From the NCBI RefSeq assembly GCF_009914755.1, contig NC_060930.1: a stretch of 64,000 nt of DNA; one strand, written 5' to 3'. Each line of letters starts with the position of its first letter. The first letter of the stretch is position 1. This stretch comes from the human T2T-CHM13v2.0 reference genome, Homo sapiens. A program made the translations under genes and the position numbers. The notes below the pieces were generated by a model. That model was not told the origin of the DNA. It did no database searches and saw only the letters and a list, made by a program, of their open reading frames with translations. Positions 1 to 22,359 of the stretch are shown in pieces.

Positions 1-379
1 CAGACTGCGTGGCCACCACGGTGACCCAGCACCCACCATCCACCCAGTCTCCTGCGTCGCTGTTCTGGAAGCTCTGCCGCGGTGCTGGATGGCTTCACCC
101 GATTTCAGCATTCGGAAGCTCCCCTAGAGGTCCCTCATTCTGCCCCATCCCTGCCCCAGCTCTTGCTATTGTTTGCCTTTATCCCTTTTTCCTACAGGAA
201 GAACCAGATTCAAACATTTGCCTGCTGGCAATAGTGTTTCTGAGGAAGACACTGTGAGGGGAACTGCGGGCCGAGCCTGCTCTGAGCGCAAGATAGTAGG
301 AGAGCTCTCTGGCACACAGCTGCCTACTCTGTCCCTACTCTCCCCTGGGAGAGAATCCCTGGTGTAGACTTAGTCCTAA

Positions 380-560
380 TCCTCAGAAGAGCTCCCCCAG
401 TGTGTGATGTGGCTCTGCCAAAGATCGTGAGAAAGTGGAGATCCAAAAACAAGTATTCTCTGGGCAGCACAAGCCAGATAAAGTTGTTCTCAAGTTGGCT
501 CTGGCTGGGTTTGTGGAGGGCACAGAGGCTTTGACATGTGAGCTTGTAAAGATGCTTTCT
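380..560 (-). pseudogene. CUB-like remnant
   Basis: ORF 324..584 gives ENNFIWLVLPREYLFLDLHFLTI, resembling CUB N..C.W.I..P...I.L.F..F. Confidence 0.45.
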
Positions 561-759
561 TTCCCATCCCAGGGAGCTGCCCAAACCTTCCTCGCTGCTG
601 AGGCCGTGTCCTCAGCCCAGTGGAGCAGCAGCAGTGGCCACTGCCTGCGTGACCCTGCTGAGACCTGTGCTCGTAGTCAGATGGGATGTTCTGAACTCCT
701 GGAAGCCAGAGGTTATAGTTTTTTAAAGACTAAAAAAGGAATATTGTATTGTGTAAAAC

Positions 760-1560
760 AGAAAAGGAAGGGAAGCACTCATTCTCCCATTCCCTTATTG
801 ATCAATTTGGGCTTGTTCCTGTCTCTAAAATCTGCATGTGTTTTATACTGGAAGACCCTGGAGCGCAGGCTTTCATTCCATGCAAATGTACCTGCTCTGT
901 ACCAGGCACTGTTCCAGATGCCCCGGCTGCAGCCATTAAAGCAAAGATTCAGGAATTTGCATTTGTGTGGAGTCATTAGACAAGCAACGAGATGAGAGTG
1001 CCTGTGAGGTGATCAAGTGCTGGTTACAGAGAAACTTGGAGGAGAAGTCGGGTGCTGCCTTCCAGTGCTCAGGCAGGGTGCGCAGAGAAGGGGATGCCTG
1101 AGCAGAGACCTGGCAGAGATCAGGGCTGAGACACCTGCCCGGCTGTGGACAGAGCTCCAGGTGCTGTCTGGCCCAGGGCCCAGTGGAAGCACCTGGCCCT
1201 GCAAAGAGGCTCCAGCCACCAGGATGGCTGAGAGAACTTGGGTGGGTGAGGCAGGAGCCAAGGCCAGGGAAGAAGTGGAGGGCCGGTCAGGTGGGGCACA
1301 GAAGGCACTGGTGATTGCTTTGACTTCTCAGCAGAGGTGTGAGCCATTGAGGGGCTGCCAGCTCAGGGTGATAAGGTCTGGCTGACTAGGGAAGGAGGAA
1401 GGCAAAAGAGGTGGCTGTGGCCCAGTGGGGAGGTGTGCAGGGGCTCTAGATCTGGGTGTATTTTGACAGTGGAGCTGCTATGATGTCCTGACAGAGTGAA
1501 TGTGGAGTTAAGAGAAAGAGGGGTCAAGAATGATAAAGTTTTGGCCTGAGCCAAGGTGTG
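760..1560 (+). mobile_element. L2 fragments
   Basis: L2-type sequence, e.g. tctgggtgtattttgacagtggag...gaggggtcaagaatga...ttttggcctgagc. Confidence 0.65.
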
Positions 1561-1564
1561 GAGT

Positions 1565-2050
1565 TGAGGTAGAAGGTGGGACTTGACTCCGGAGGCAGGG
1601 CTCAGACACCGGGCCAAACTGAGGACTAGCTAAAACAGGTTATAGGGGAAGCAGTTTTCCAGAAAACACACCCATCAGTGTGCCATGTCAGTTTACCATT
1701 GCCATGGCGACACCCAAAAATTATTGCGCCTTTCCATGGCAATGACCCAGTGATCAGGAAGTTACCACCCTCATCCTAGAAATTTCTGCATAAACCACCC
1801 CCTAATTCATGTATAATTAAAAGTGGGTGTAAATATTAGTGCAGCCCTAAATCTGAGCTGCTCCTCTGGACACACTTCCTGGAGAGTGCCCTGTACCGCA
1901 AGGAGCAGTGCCTCTGCTGCTCCTGGATGCTGTGGCTTCAATACAAGTTGCTGTTGAACACCACTGGGTAGCTCTTGAATTCTTTCCTGGGGGAAGCCAA
2001 GAACCCTTCCGGGCTAAGTCCCAATTTTGGGCTTCACCTGTCATGCATCA
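1565..2050 (+). mobile_element. ERV1 solo LTR (MER66-like)
   Basis: TG...CA termini, 4-bp TSD GAGT at 1561-1564 and 2051-2054, MER66-type 5' end tgaggtagaaggtgggacttgactccggagg. Confidence 0.8.
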
Positions 2051-2259
2051 GAGTTGCCATCTGGTTGTATCTAAATTGTTTTATCTCTGTGCCTGTGAAT
2101 GACACAATGCTGTTGTTTCTCCTTTATTGGGGATTAGGGAAAGCAGAAAGGTGGAAGAAGGAGATGAGAGCCTCATCCAGAGCTGCAGGGCCAGGCTGAG
2201 GGCCAGGGTGCCTGGGTTCCCTAACAATGCACACCCCTCCCTTTAAATTTCCTATTTTG

Positions 2260-2385
2260 TGGGCACAATGGTTCACACCTGTAATCCCAACACTTTGGGA
2301 GGCTGAGGCAGGAGGATTGCTTGAGCCCAGGAGTTCGAGATCAGCCTGGGCAACATAAGGAGACTCCATGTCTAAAAATATAATA
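2260..2385 (+). mobile_element. Alu monomer (FLAM/AluJ left arm)
   Basis: Alu left-arm consensus. Confidence 0.85.
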
Positions 2386-2499
2386 ATAGTAATTTTCTTA
2401 TTTTGTGTGTTTTATCATATATGCAATATATTAGTACATGGAATACATGTATGTACATTATTAATACATGTGCACAGCCAGGGTTTGTCCTCAGCTTTG

Positions 2500-2620
2500 T
2501 TTCAGTGATAAGGAAATAGGATTGAAATAGTTTGGAGACCGTTTGCTCTAGTAATTTCCCTGGGTTCAACGTCAACATGAGGAGTTTGACAGGGATTTAT
2601 GAGAAGCCTTGGAGGCTGGT
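2500..2620 (-). pseudogene. CUB-like N-terminal remnant
   Basis: PCQTPHVDVEPREIT followed, after a frameshift, by RSPNYF; resembles C..L....G.I.SPNYP. Confidence 0.4.
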
Positions 2621-2959
2621 CCATGGTTAGCCACACCCAGACCTGTAGGCACAATGTCTTCAAGATCTGATGAAGTCTGACGCTACCTCCTGAAAGGGAC
2701 ACCCTCAATCCTGGCCGTCTTCCCTTCAGCTATTTTTTGGGTGGAGCAGAAAAGAGGTTTAACTGGCGGGTGAAATTGCACATACTTCACAGGTGGTGTC
2801 TCTCTTCTTTGGCTGGCAGTAAGGGAAGGAAGGCCCTCTGCAGCATAAAGCACACTCATCATGCCTAATCAGCGCAAGCAGGCAGGAAACAAGTGGAGCC
2901 TATCAGAAGGCAGAGTTGGACACTCCTAGCATGAAAAAAGCATTCAAAGTATTTATTCA

Positions 2960-3253
<294 letters not shown>

Positions 3254-3300
3254 AAGTACTTATATTTAATATAAGATTTCAATCAGTTCTATCTGAGGAC

Positions 3301-5568
<2,268 letters not shown>

Positions 5569-5689
5569 TGCTCAAACATTAAAGAAAATGGTTGTTGATT
5601 TGCCAGTAGTCAGTTGGCAAGAGAAGAAAAACTTTATTTCTTTATTTGTAAAATGGCAATAATGTAACAGGATACATTTTGGAGATTTT

Positions 5690-5847
5690 ATTTTTCTATT
5701 ATTATTATTATTATTATTTTAGTTTTTAGTAGAGGCAGGGTTTCACCATGTTGGCCAGGCTTGTCTAGAACTCCTGACCTCAGGTGATCCACCCGCCTCG
5801 GCCTCCCAAAGTGCTGGGATTACAGACGTGAGTCACCGCGCCTGGCC
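5690..5847 (-). mobile_element. Alu left-arm fragment
   Basis: Alu consensus, TSD cattttggagatttta. Confidence 0.85.
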
Positions 5848-7305
5848 ATTTTGGAGATTTTAAAGCTGAGGTTCCTGCTCCTCCTATCACAGCTCTTTAT
5901 CCACCATAATCAGGAATATTAACTGTCCCAGGGGGATGGTAGGCTATAGCCTCTACCAAAAAGTCAAATTCTTGGCTTCTGAGTTTAATCTATGTAGGAT
6001 TTTGGAAGACAGAACAGAGGCAACTGTATGAAAGCCAGAGTGCTTTTGATTTGCAAAGCTGACTCTTGAGAGAGGTTTTACTTCATGTTTTTCACAATGC
6101 TGAAAACTTGGCATGGCATATCCCCAGCAGAGCCTCCTGGATGCTGCCCAGTTTGTGAGGGAAGTCATGGGTAGAAAAATGCACGATGATAAGGAGCCGT
6201 TTTCCATCCAAGAAGAGATACGTGCTCGAGCAGCCGCGCGGGGGAGGCCAGGGCTGGAAGGCCCAGGGTCTCCGAGGAGCTGTAGAAAAGAAGCCTGGAG
6301 GGACCCCGGAGCAGAAAGGCTACTGGGGGCTTCCCAGGGAGTGGGTGAGACCCCACAACAAACAGGAACGGCGAGGCGTGGCGGGGGGGTGGGCCGAGGG
6401 CAGGAGCTGCTAAGTGTCCTGCGACTTTCTATCAGGCAGCTTCGCATCAGGAAACCATAACCCACTTTAGGGAGTTGGATGCGCTGTTTCAGTTCTACAG
6501 ACGATGGAAGAGCCAAAAGGCTGCACAGGGAACGAGACGGGCCCCAGAGCTTAGTAACACCCGAAATCCCCATGGCCCCTTGGGAGGGCTGGGAGGGAGG
6601 CGGGTGCTGCGGGGGCTGTGGAGGTCCTGCAGGTGCTGCCTGAGAAGCCAAGAGACTGGGTGAGAATGGATGACATCAGCTGGCTCCCCCATTCCTCCTG
6701 CCCCCACCTCCCCGCAGGGCATCCCACTGACTGAATCCAGCTGACGGTGGCTGGCAAGTCACCTGGGGCGGGGGGCCTCCAGACAGAGCGTGAGAAAAGT
6801 GAGATGTGGCTCTCAGGGCGCAGAACTAGCTCGCCCCAAGGGGACCACATCAGCTCTGGGGGACCAAGATGCAGCAGGGGAGCGCCACGCGAGCAGGAGC
6901 CCACGCCAGGACGTAGGATCTCGGCAAGGAGGCAATGCATGACTGTGAGGACCAGCAAGAAACAGATTTCACAGAAGCCAGCAGAGGAAGCCAGAGGACC
7001 GGGTGCTCCTTCCCTGTGGCAGGAGCAGGAACCATCCGCCCTCCCCAGAGGGCTGCCATCACCTCCAGGGAGACGAGGAAGCGTCGGAGGAAGGGACTCC
7101 TGAGAAACTGAGTTCTGAATTGGTAGGACTGAATATTTTCGACCTCACGACCTAGGAAATGGAGTTATTTTTAATTGTGGAGAAATTATGAAGGGACATT
7201 TCTTCACATCCAAGTCTGTGGTTGTGAAAGTAGTGCCAGTAGTGTTAATGTCAACCTTGCCGTTTTCGTGTTTGGTGAGATGGTGTATGTGAGATGCTTA
7301 TAGTG

Positions 7306-7590
<285 letters not shown>

Positions 7591-7665
7591 TGCTTAGCAC
7601 AGGTGCATACAGTGGTAATTATTATCCCTTTCTAATCAACTAAAAATATATTTCATGTGTGAGTT

Positions 7666-8090
7666 TGTTACTAAACACCAGGGGTTCAGTCTAGGTCACC
7701 TTGCTTACTGCTCAGAAAGCTAATACTGAGACAAAAAGTATTGCCAGGGAAGAAGGCTCTAATGTATTATGGATGATACCAGCTGTAGAATCCAGAGCCA
7801 AACCTCAAATCCATCCCTCCCTCCCAACTAACGTCAGGGGTTTATACAGCCAGGAAGAAAAACAGGCAGGGCAAGGAGGAGGAGTTGGTTAACAGGTAGG
7901 AGGTGGTTGAATGGGTTGGGGGAGGGGGCTCTAGCCTCTCATGGTAGGTACTTGTAGGAAATCAGGAATTAGGGAGTAGTAAGGAAGAGTTGGTCAACAG
8001 GCAGCAGATGTGTCTTGTAGTGCAAAGGTAAGTTTCTCAAGCTTCAGTTCTATGGGCATCCAGCTTATTGGAAGATTGGACCTGTTTCCA
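7666..8090 (-). mobile_element. ERV1 MER4-group solo LTR (MER31/MER39-like)
   Basis: tgttactaaacaccaggggttcagtctaggtc... is a typical antisense MER4-group LTR end. Confidence 0.65.
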
Positions 8091-8139
8091 TTTCAAGTAC
8101 AGCCTATGATGCTTTTCTCTCCAGGCAGAGTCAGTGCAT

Positions 8140-8470
8140 GCAAAGCCCCATTCAACCTCCAGGTCTCAGCCTAAGTGTCGTCTCCCCAGAAGGGCTTGCC
8201 CTCCTCCCCAGTTCAGCATTACTCCCATTATCCTACTCTGTGACAGCACCTTGTGCTTTTCTTTCACCGCGTTTGTCACGGTGTTGGAAATGACATGTGT
8301 GTTAGTTTGTTTGATGTTTGTCTTCCACCCTCCTGTCCTGCCACCGTAAGCCCCATGAGAGTGGCAACCTGGCTGATTTTGTTGTTCATGTTATTCCCAG
8401 TGCTAGCCCAGGCCTGACACAGCGTGGGTGCCTAATATTTGCTGAATGGAAGAAATGAATGAGTGGAGGA
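8140..8470 (-). mobile_element. L2 3' end
   Basis: ccccatgagagtggcaacc...cccagtgctagcccaggcctgacacag...gctgaatggaagaaatgaatgag. Confidence 0.7.
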
Positions 8471-8793
8471 AGAGGGATACTGTGAAGATGAAGTGAAACA
8501 ATCCGGTAGACCACCACACAGCACACACAAGTACTTACTAATAGTAGCCATGATTATTAGATCTATTATGTGCTCAGTATGAAAATTCGAAGGATCCTTG
8601 GATAACATAAAGCCCTTAAAAGAAATTAAGAGATCCTCAAATTATCTTATTCTTCTGAATCACCCTATATCATCAGTCCAACTCATAGGGATGACTCATA
8701 GTTAGGACTTCCGTGATAAGAGTTGAGAAGACAGCAGTCTCTTCTCTAAAGTCTGGAATACCCATCTAAAGAAGGATCATAGAAAGGGCCTAA

Positions 8794-9120
<327 letters not shown>

Positions 9121-9439
9121 CCCATTTTGCTTTGAATAGCTTTCTCCCTAATTTTGGCAGGTAATTTGCCCAGATTTAGTTAGTCTACATCCAGTAAGTA
9201 AACTAATGTATTCACTGAGAGGTTCATTTGCAACCTATTCATTTTAGTGGGTTGATTTGGAAGTTACGTTCTCAAATTCCAGCTTTTCATGGGTGCGTTA
9301 ATGTTTTTCTATGATAATGGTAGGCAACTGCTAACTGCTGCTCTGAAAGTCTTCAAGATCAAAGTCATCTGAGCGGGGCTTTAAGCCGTGCAAATTTATT
9401 TTTCATTCACAAGCCGTGGAAGACTCAGAACAGTTTGTT

Positions 9440-9792
9440 TGTGTGTATGTGTGTGTGTTGGTTTTTTTTGTTTTGTTTTGTTTTTTGTGTTTGTTTTGTG
9501 TGTGTGTTTTGTTTTGAGATGAGTTTCGCTCTGTCGCCAGGCTGGAGCACAGTGGCATGATCTCGGCTCACTGCAACCTCCACCTCCTGGTCCAAGCGAT
9601 TCTCCTGCTTCAGCCTCCCGAGTAGCTGGGACTACAGGCGCCCACCACCACGCCTGGCTAATTTTTTGTATTTTTAGTAGAGACAGGGTTTCACCATGTT
9701 GGTCAGACTGGTCTCGATCTCCTGACCTCTTGATCCGCCTGCCTCAGCCTCCCAAAGTGCTGGGATTACAGGCGTGAGCCACCATACCTGGT
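9440..9792 (-). mobile_element. AluS with GT/GTTT-degenerate tail
   Basis: Antisense Alu, TSD ctcagaacagttt. Confidence 0.9.
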
Positions 9793-10226
9793 CCTCAGAA
9801 CAGTTTTCTAAGTAAATCCCTGTCTCGACCTGCCAGGGCTCCCGTGACCTACCTTCATGCACAGATGGAATGGTTGTCTTTCTAAGTATAAATCTTCATT
9901 AGGTTTCTTAATTTTCACCAAAGGTTCTTTCTTCATCTCATCTGATCAGTTAATTTTTGATGTTTGTGAGTCAACCTTCAGTCTGGCTAAGCATGTGTCT
10001 TGCTCGTCCAAGCCTTTAGTCAGTATACACCTGGGCTGCTCTCTACTCAATTTTGATTAAATATTCCCCTGGAAAAGTTTAGGAACATAATTGAAGAATT
10101 TGTTGTACATCTCATCTCTTAGATATTCTGTTAACTCCATGGGACCCAGCTGGATTACCAGAAAGTCTACCCACCCCGACCCCCCTAGAAGTGTATTCTC
10201 TGTGTAACTTTAAAAGAGACATAAGA

Positions 10227-11170
<944 letters not shown>

Positions 11171-11192
11171 AGAGTCATAAGAAACACCATCT

Positions 11193-11297
11193 CAGGCAAC
11201 CCGCTCGGGTCCCCTTCCACGCTGTGAAAGCTTTGTTCTTTCGCTCTTCATAATAAATCTGGCTGCTGCTCAAAAACAAAAAAAAAGAAAAAAGAAA
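11193..11297 (+). mobile_element. Retrotransposed 3' end of an LTR12/ERV9 transcript with poly(A)
   Basis: ggcaacccgctcgggtccccttccacgctgtgaaagctttgttctttcgctc..aataaatc..gctgctgctc followed by an A-rich tail; 14-bp TSD aagaaacaccatct at 11179-11192 and 11298-11311. Confidence 0.8.
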
Positions 11298-11329
11298 AAG
11301 AAACACCATCTGATGACTCCAGAGTTGCA

Positions 11330-11980
11330 CTTATTGTAAAGTTGATTTTGAAGCCTTTGTTCACTACATCTCTAGGAAGATCCATCATAGAAATTCTATT
11401 CCGACTGAAGTTGTGTGTGTCTCCTCCCTGTTCCTACTATGTCTCCTGGTCAGGAATGACTGGGCCCATAGTGATGCAAGTCACCAGCACTGCTGTGTTT
11501 TTCCCTCTGCTTTGACTCTAGGAAGCTTAGAGCCCAGAGGCTGGTGCAATGGTCTGCGTATTTACTCCTATATTTTCCCCACAGCCTTCGTCTCCCGTTC
11601 TACCTATGCTTTTCTGCTTTTCACTTTTATCTCTATCCACATTTTCATTTAATTTATTTGTATTAGCCACTTTGCATCCTTTGTGAAATAAAGGCAAGTA
11701 AAAGAAACAAACACACACCTATGGACATTCCTTACAGATGCCTACAGACAATGTCCTCCTTCAATCTTCCCCATTATCTTACGATGTGCCTGGCAGGTGA
11801 AACACTTACTCCTCTTCAACAGTCAGACAGAAAAGAACCACTCTCACCATTTGGTTTTGGAGTGACCACTAGATGACCTATTTTAACTAGCCACTAGGCG
11901 GCCTATTTGCATGAAGGTTCCAGAACCCTCTGGACACAAAGAAAGGGAGACTTTGACGACTCTCCACATTGAATGGTCAG
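11330..11980 (-). pseudogene. CUB-like remnant
   Basis: QCGE / LCPEGSGTF / WSLQNQMVRVVLFCLTVEEE ... RNRISMMDLPRDVVNKGFKINFT; the last part resembles the CUB terminal strand (N.M.V...D.V...GFKANFT in enteropeptidase, as recalled). Confidence 0.6.
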
Positions 11981-12389
11981 GTAGGTCTGACTTAGAATCA
12001 GGCACTCTGGTGTTTGCACTTTTGACTAAGAAACAAATAATGAAATGCCATTTAAAAAATCTAGTAGGTTGACGACTTTGTATAATGTATACCAAATATT
12101 TTTGTTAAACATATGACAACTCTACCCCTAAAATAAACAACTAACTCCTAGAAAAATTCTGTGCTTTTAAGAAGATCAAAGTTTAGGAAAAGGTAATTTC
12201 ATTTACTTCCAGAAGGAGTAGAAAGGTAACAATAAATACAGTAATGAATATAATCATTAGAACCACTTATTAGAAACAAAAAAGACACATAATAGCACCC
12301 AAAATAAAGAACTAAAAGCAAGTTTCCACCGATCAATGTTGTGGTCGCTGTAAACACAATTATTTTCTCTTTTGGGTTATCTATAGGAC

Positions 12390-13300
<911 letters not shown>

Positions 13301-13484
13301 TCTATAGACCTTTTCTGTAGCAATACCCTCTTAAAAACATTCAGTGGGTATATTAATGTCACAAAGTTTCATTTTTCCTGCCTGGTTTCTTTCTAGATTA
13401 TCTTCAAGAAAGATAACAGAACAGAATTATTTTCTTTCTTTCTCCTCAATCATTTCCATTTGACTTTTCTTTGCATTTGATTTT

Positions 13485-13780
13485 CTTATTTTTATTTTTT
13501 TGAGATGGGATCTCACTCTGTTGCCCAGGCTAGAGTGCAGTGGTGCAACCATAGCTCACTGTAGCCTCAACCTTCCCAGGCTCAAGTGATCCTCCTGCCT
13601 AGGCCCCCCGGCATAGCTGAGGCTACAGGTGTGTACCACCATGCCTGGCTAATGTTAAATTTTTTTATACACAGTCTTTCTATGTTGCCAAGGCTGATCT
13701 CGGCCTCCTGAGATCAAGCAGTCCTCCCAAGTTGGCCTCCCAAAGTGCGGGATTACAGGTGTGAGCCACTGCACTTGGCA
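13485..13780 (-). mobile_element. AluJ
   Basis: Antisense Alu, TSD catttgattt. Confidence 0.85.
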
Positions 13781-14499
13781 CATTTGATTTCCATTAACAC
13801 TGTCCCTTCCTTCATTACCACCCATGCAGAATGCTTCTGCTACTACTGAAATGGTTTTGCTTTCTGTTGAGTACAAAGCCAAGGCCTGGAGTGGTGCTAG
13901 AAGGGCCCTGGGTGGACAGTGAGCAGATGCTGTGGCACACAGCTCTCGCCACTACACTCCAGCCTGGGTGACAGAGTGAGACTCCATCTCAAAAAACAAA
14001 AAACAACCACCACTTGTGATTCTTATAAGGCTCTTAGATTAAAACTTTTCAAATTGTTGACAACAGTAGCTCTCTTCACTGACAGTGGCTGTGGTAAGTC
14101 CTTCCTGGGACTGACATGTGATCCCTGTGCTGGGGTTTAGGGGGTGGGGGGAGGCAGATGCTGTCGTTGTCCCCTCCTACTGAGGAGGGACTGAAATGTT
14201 GCACACTTGGGTGAGTTCCTCAGGGCCACAGAGCCAGTGAGTCTGGAGCCGGGCAGGATCTGAACCCAGGACCTGCTGCCCTGGTGCGTGGGGACAGGGC
14301 GTGGTGGCATTTCCCTCTCTGGGTGATGATCCTGAGGGGTCTTGGGCAGACTGAGGGCATGAGGGGCTCTTTGCTTCCTCTGCCTTCCATCCCCAGGCTG
14401 AGAGGTGGGGTGGGGCTGTGGGACAGGTTTTGAGACTGGGCTCGCCAGCGGGCAGTCCATGGTGTCTCAGTCCCACAGCTGTATTGACTGGATCATGTG

Positions 14500-15250
14500 G
14501 ACAGCAAGCTACCAGGCTAGATTTTAAGTGCAGCTGTATGTGACTAGGTCACAGGGACAGCAGGCTTCAGGTTACATTTGAAGTGTCACAGTGTTCCCAG
14601 TTCAGCCCGCAGTCAATCTGGAAAGGGTGGCACAGCCATTTCCAACACCTGCCACCTCTTGAGTTCAGAACCACTGTCTACCTGCCCTCACCCACTCAGC
14701 CCTACCCAGGGCTGGCCATCAAAAGTTGTTCTCTGTCAGGCAGTCACTGACTGTGGTAGCTTTGTCTCTCCAGGGCCTTGGATGGGGGCATGCTGGTCCT
14801 CTGTGTCACTCTGATTAAGGGAGGGGGATGGTTGGGCTCTTGGCTTCTCCCTCCTATGAGGCTGTGTGATCCTTAGGAGTTTGCTTCACCCTTTCCCTAC
14901 CCCGCCTTCCCCTTGAGCCCTCCATCCTGTCCCCTAGGCTCTTCTGGTGCCATCCAAGGGGCAGAGGCCCAGTGCCGGCTCTCCTGGGAGGCACGAGGCC
15001 TGCAGTGGCGCCACTCTCAGCCCTGGGCTTATGGCCTGGCCCTGCCTGCAGCCTCCTGGCTCCAGCCCAGCTGCCCTTGGAGGCACCTTTCCATGCCAGG
15101 TTGAGAGGAAGGGAGGCATCCTTTACAGCAAGTTGGGGGTGCTGTGCCCAGCTTGGCTCAGTCCTCTTCCCCTTCCCCGCTGGGTGCCCCTGCCTGGGCT
15201 GCTCTGGAAAGGAAATCGCCGCCTGCATTCCTGGCAGATGCCCCCTCTTA
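14500..15250 (-). pseudogene. Two CUB-like remnants
   Basis: LPGMQAAISFPEQP..SW..LPLNL..LQAGPG; then LE.....DCLTE/TFDGQP ... TGNTVTLQM (14575-14601). Confidence 0.5.
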
Positions 15251-15949
15251 GGAGTTGAACTGTGTCCCCCAAAAGATATGTTCAAGTCCTGATCCCACCC
15301 CGCTGTGAATGTGACCTTACTTGGAAATAGGGTCTTTGCAGATGTAATTGGTTAAGATGAGGTCACTAGGGCGGTCCCTTGGCCTGGGCAGTGAGTTTGC
15401 AGGTGAAGTGTTAAGTGTCCTGGTGTTCCCAGCTCACGCCACCTCCTTCTCGCCCGGAAGCTCAGGAGTGCCCTGGCTCCCTGGAGACTGCACCTCCGTC
15501 TCTGCACCCGCACACCCCTAACGCCCATCCTTGCTTTTTCTCTTTAGCTTTTCCCATAGCCCAACGCTGCCTATATTATCTAATCCTTTCTTTTTTTTTT
15601 TGGTATATCTTCCTCCATAGATTTTTTTCCCCAATTCAACAAAAATTTATTGAGCACCGACTGTGTCCACAGGAACTCCCTAGGCTTTCAGCTGGGGCAC
15701 TGCAATGAATCGGTCACGATTCCCCAGGTGTCCCCTGAAACATCGCTTTTTTTGTTTATTTAATTGTCTTTCCACTAGAGTTGAATCATTCTGCAAGCAG
15801 GGATTTCTGCTGTGTCTATTGTTGTGTCCCAAGGGCTTAGGGTGGCATGTGTCATCATTCGGCTCTCAATGCGTATCTGTGGCTGAGTCATGGATGAATG
15901 GCTGTGGGAGAGGCGCTTATGGGGGCTTCCCGCTTCCACTGGGCACTCG

Positions 15950-16940
15950 AGAGCCCACCCTGCAGCTCAGTCCCGAACCTTCTCGATCTCAGGACTCCAT
16001 GATCTCAGGGTCTCCGCTCGGAGGAGCAGCCCTCTCCGAGAACAGCCAGTGTCTCCTGACTCAGGGACAGGGACCTGAGGAGTACCCACACAGGCCCAGG
16101 CCAGCTCTTTCCTTTCCCATGCCGGCTGGGGGCAGGAGGGCACATCTGAAAAGTGCTGAACACTCTCTAAACAGTTGGTCAGTAGTTCAACCTCTCCGCC
16201 TGCATATTCTCATAAAGGGAAAAGCAAGGGCGGTGGGGTTGGTGTCATGTTTTCTGTCTAATCTACCATGTATCCACTGGGGCATAGGATTGTGGAAGTG
16301 AGGAAAAAGATGGGAGGAGGGGCAAGGACTGGTTAGGCAGTTGGAATAACTGAGTTTATCCAGAAAGACAGTGATTCAGGCTGGTACAAAATCACAATGC
16401 TGACTTAACGTGCTGTGCCTTGTTTGCACTGTGGTAACTTGACAGTATTTTTATCTCCTATGGTATTTTGTTAAACTTATGTATGTATTTATTCATTTTT
16501 AGAGACAGGGTCTTCTATGTTGCCCAGGCTGGCCTTGAACTCCTGGGCTCGAAGGATCCTCTTGCCTTAGCTTCCTGAGTAGCTGGGACTACAGGCGCAT
16601 ACCACCGCACACAGCTATGCAATGATTTTGATACTTCTCTGTATGGGAGCTCTTACATGGCTATAGTTTCCAGAAATTTTGGAATTGAGAACGTGTATCC
16701 AATTGTTGGCTATCGATTCTGAGTGTAGCTCCTAACTGCAGTGTATGAACATTGGCCTCTACTGAGCTCTGCAGTTGGTGTGTGATTTTGGGTGCTATAG
16801 CTGGGTATTTTTCAGACTCCAGAAGCAAGGCTAATTAGAAACATCTTTACCTTTGTAACCTGCCACCAAAATCATTTGTTAAGTGCACACTGGGAGGGGA
16901 AAGGAAAGTTAAATGGTCCTGGCCCTCTGCAGGTATTACA
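15950..16940 (-). pseudogene. Two CUB-like remnants (paralogous to 49.7-50.7 kb)
   Basis: PGPFNFP..ND/FWWQVT/KGKD..LALL...SGNYSH ending at a gtaaga donor (16657); next module has LGLCGYSS. Confidence 0.55.
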
Positions 16941-17387
16941 TAAGACAAGCAATAATGACAGAGACTTCCAGGGAATACAATGCAAAACATTACTATTGCT
17001 TCATTATATGTGAACGCAGAAGTGTTACAAGCTAATGACCATTAGTAGTGACAAACTGGATGTAGAAATTAATTTATTCATGGAATCTAATAAGTTTATT
17101 AATAATTCTGAGTTAGATGTTTACAAAGCACTCAGTAACATTTTGTGGTGCCCCTGCTAGCACAGTGATAGATATATAGGTAGGCAGGTAGGTAGACAGA
17201 TACTAGCACTTGACAGCTGGATAGAAACATAGACATCTAGGTAGATGTAGTATGATTCCTGTCCTCAAATAGCTTATTGTCTACCCAGGAGGCTGTGCTA
17301 ACACACATAAAACAACAAGCAAACAATAAATGAATATATGGCACTAACTAAATCAATCAGCAATGTAATGGGAGATACCAGAAGGCA

Positions 17388-20012
<2,625 letters not shown>

Positions 20013-20029
20013 AGGCAGGAATTACAAAA

Positions 20030-20730
<701 letters not shown>

Positions 20731-20893
20731 AAAGAAGGCAAGAGTGATAAGATAACATTTGCTGAATGCCTCTGAGGTGCCCAAAACTGCTTGGTGCTGG
20801 AAATACAGAGGTGAGTAAGACATAGCCTTAGCCTCAAGGGTCACTAGCCTGCAGGGCCAAGGGGACCCAGACTCCTGCAAAGCTATTAGACAT

Positions 20894-20955
20894 CTTCCCG
20901 GAGTCTTGAGCCATGCCTTTCACACTTCCCGGAGTCTTGAGCCATGCCTTTCACA
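20894..20955. repeat. Perfect 31-bp tandem duplication
   Basis: cttcccggagtcttgagccatgcctttcaca occurs twice in tandem. Confidence 0.95.
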
Positions 20956-21134
20956 GTAGGTGCTTGAGATAAGTTTGTGGAATAAGTAAAAATATAAATG
21001 TAACGATAATATAATAATAGTGTTTGCCATCATTATTTTCTAGAAGGAATAGAGATATTTTATGGATGGAAGCTGCTACTTAAATAAGCAATTACTTATA
21101 CAGAAATTAAAATATACATTTAGAGATGCCTTAG

Positions 21135-22250
<1,116 letters not shown>

Positions 22251-22359
22251 TGATCCTGAGATCTCTTAAAGAGGACACACCGCATGATGTGATGGGTGAC
22301 ATTCTCAACTCCATGTCATTGACAAATAGAGCAGGAAAGTTACTAGGGCAATTTCTTAC

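Noticed and set aside
435-995. 186-aa plus-strand ORF
   Set aside because: No recognisable homology; antisense to a CUB-like remnant and runs into L2
5953-6651. 232-aa minus-strand ORF
   Set aside because: Low-complexity product of GC-rich DNA with no domain motifs recognised
9852-10068. Exon-like segment read as trypsin (SPGVY or LVKIKKP..QPF.LC) or FIIND
   Set aside because: Competing motifs in different frames and in the wrong order; left unassigned
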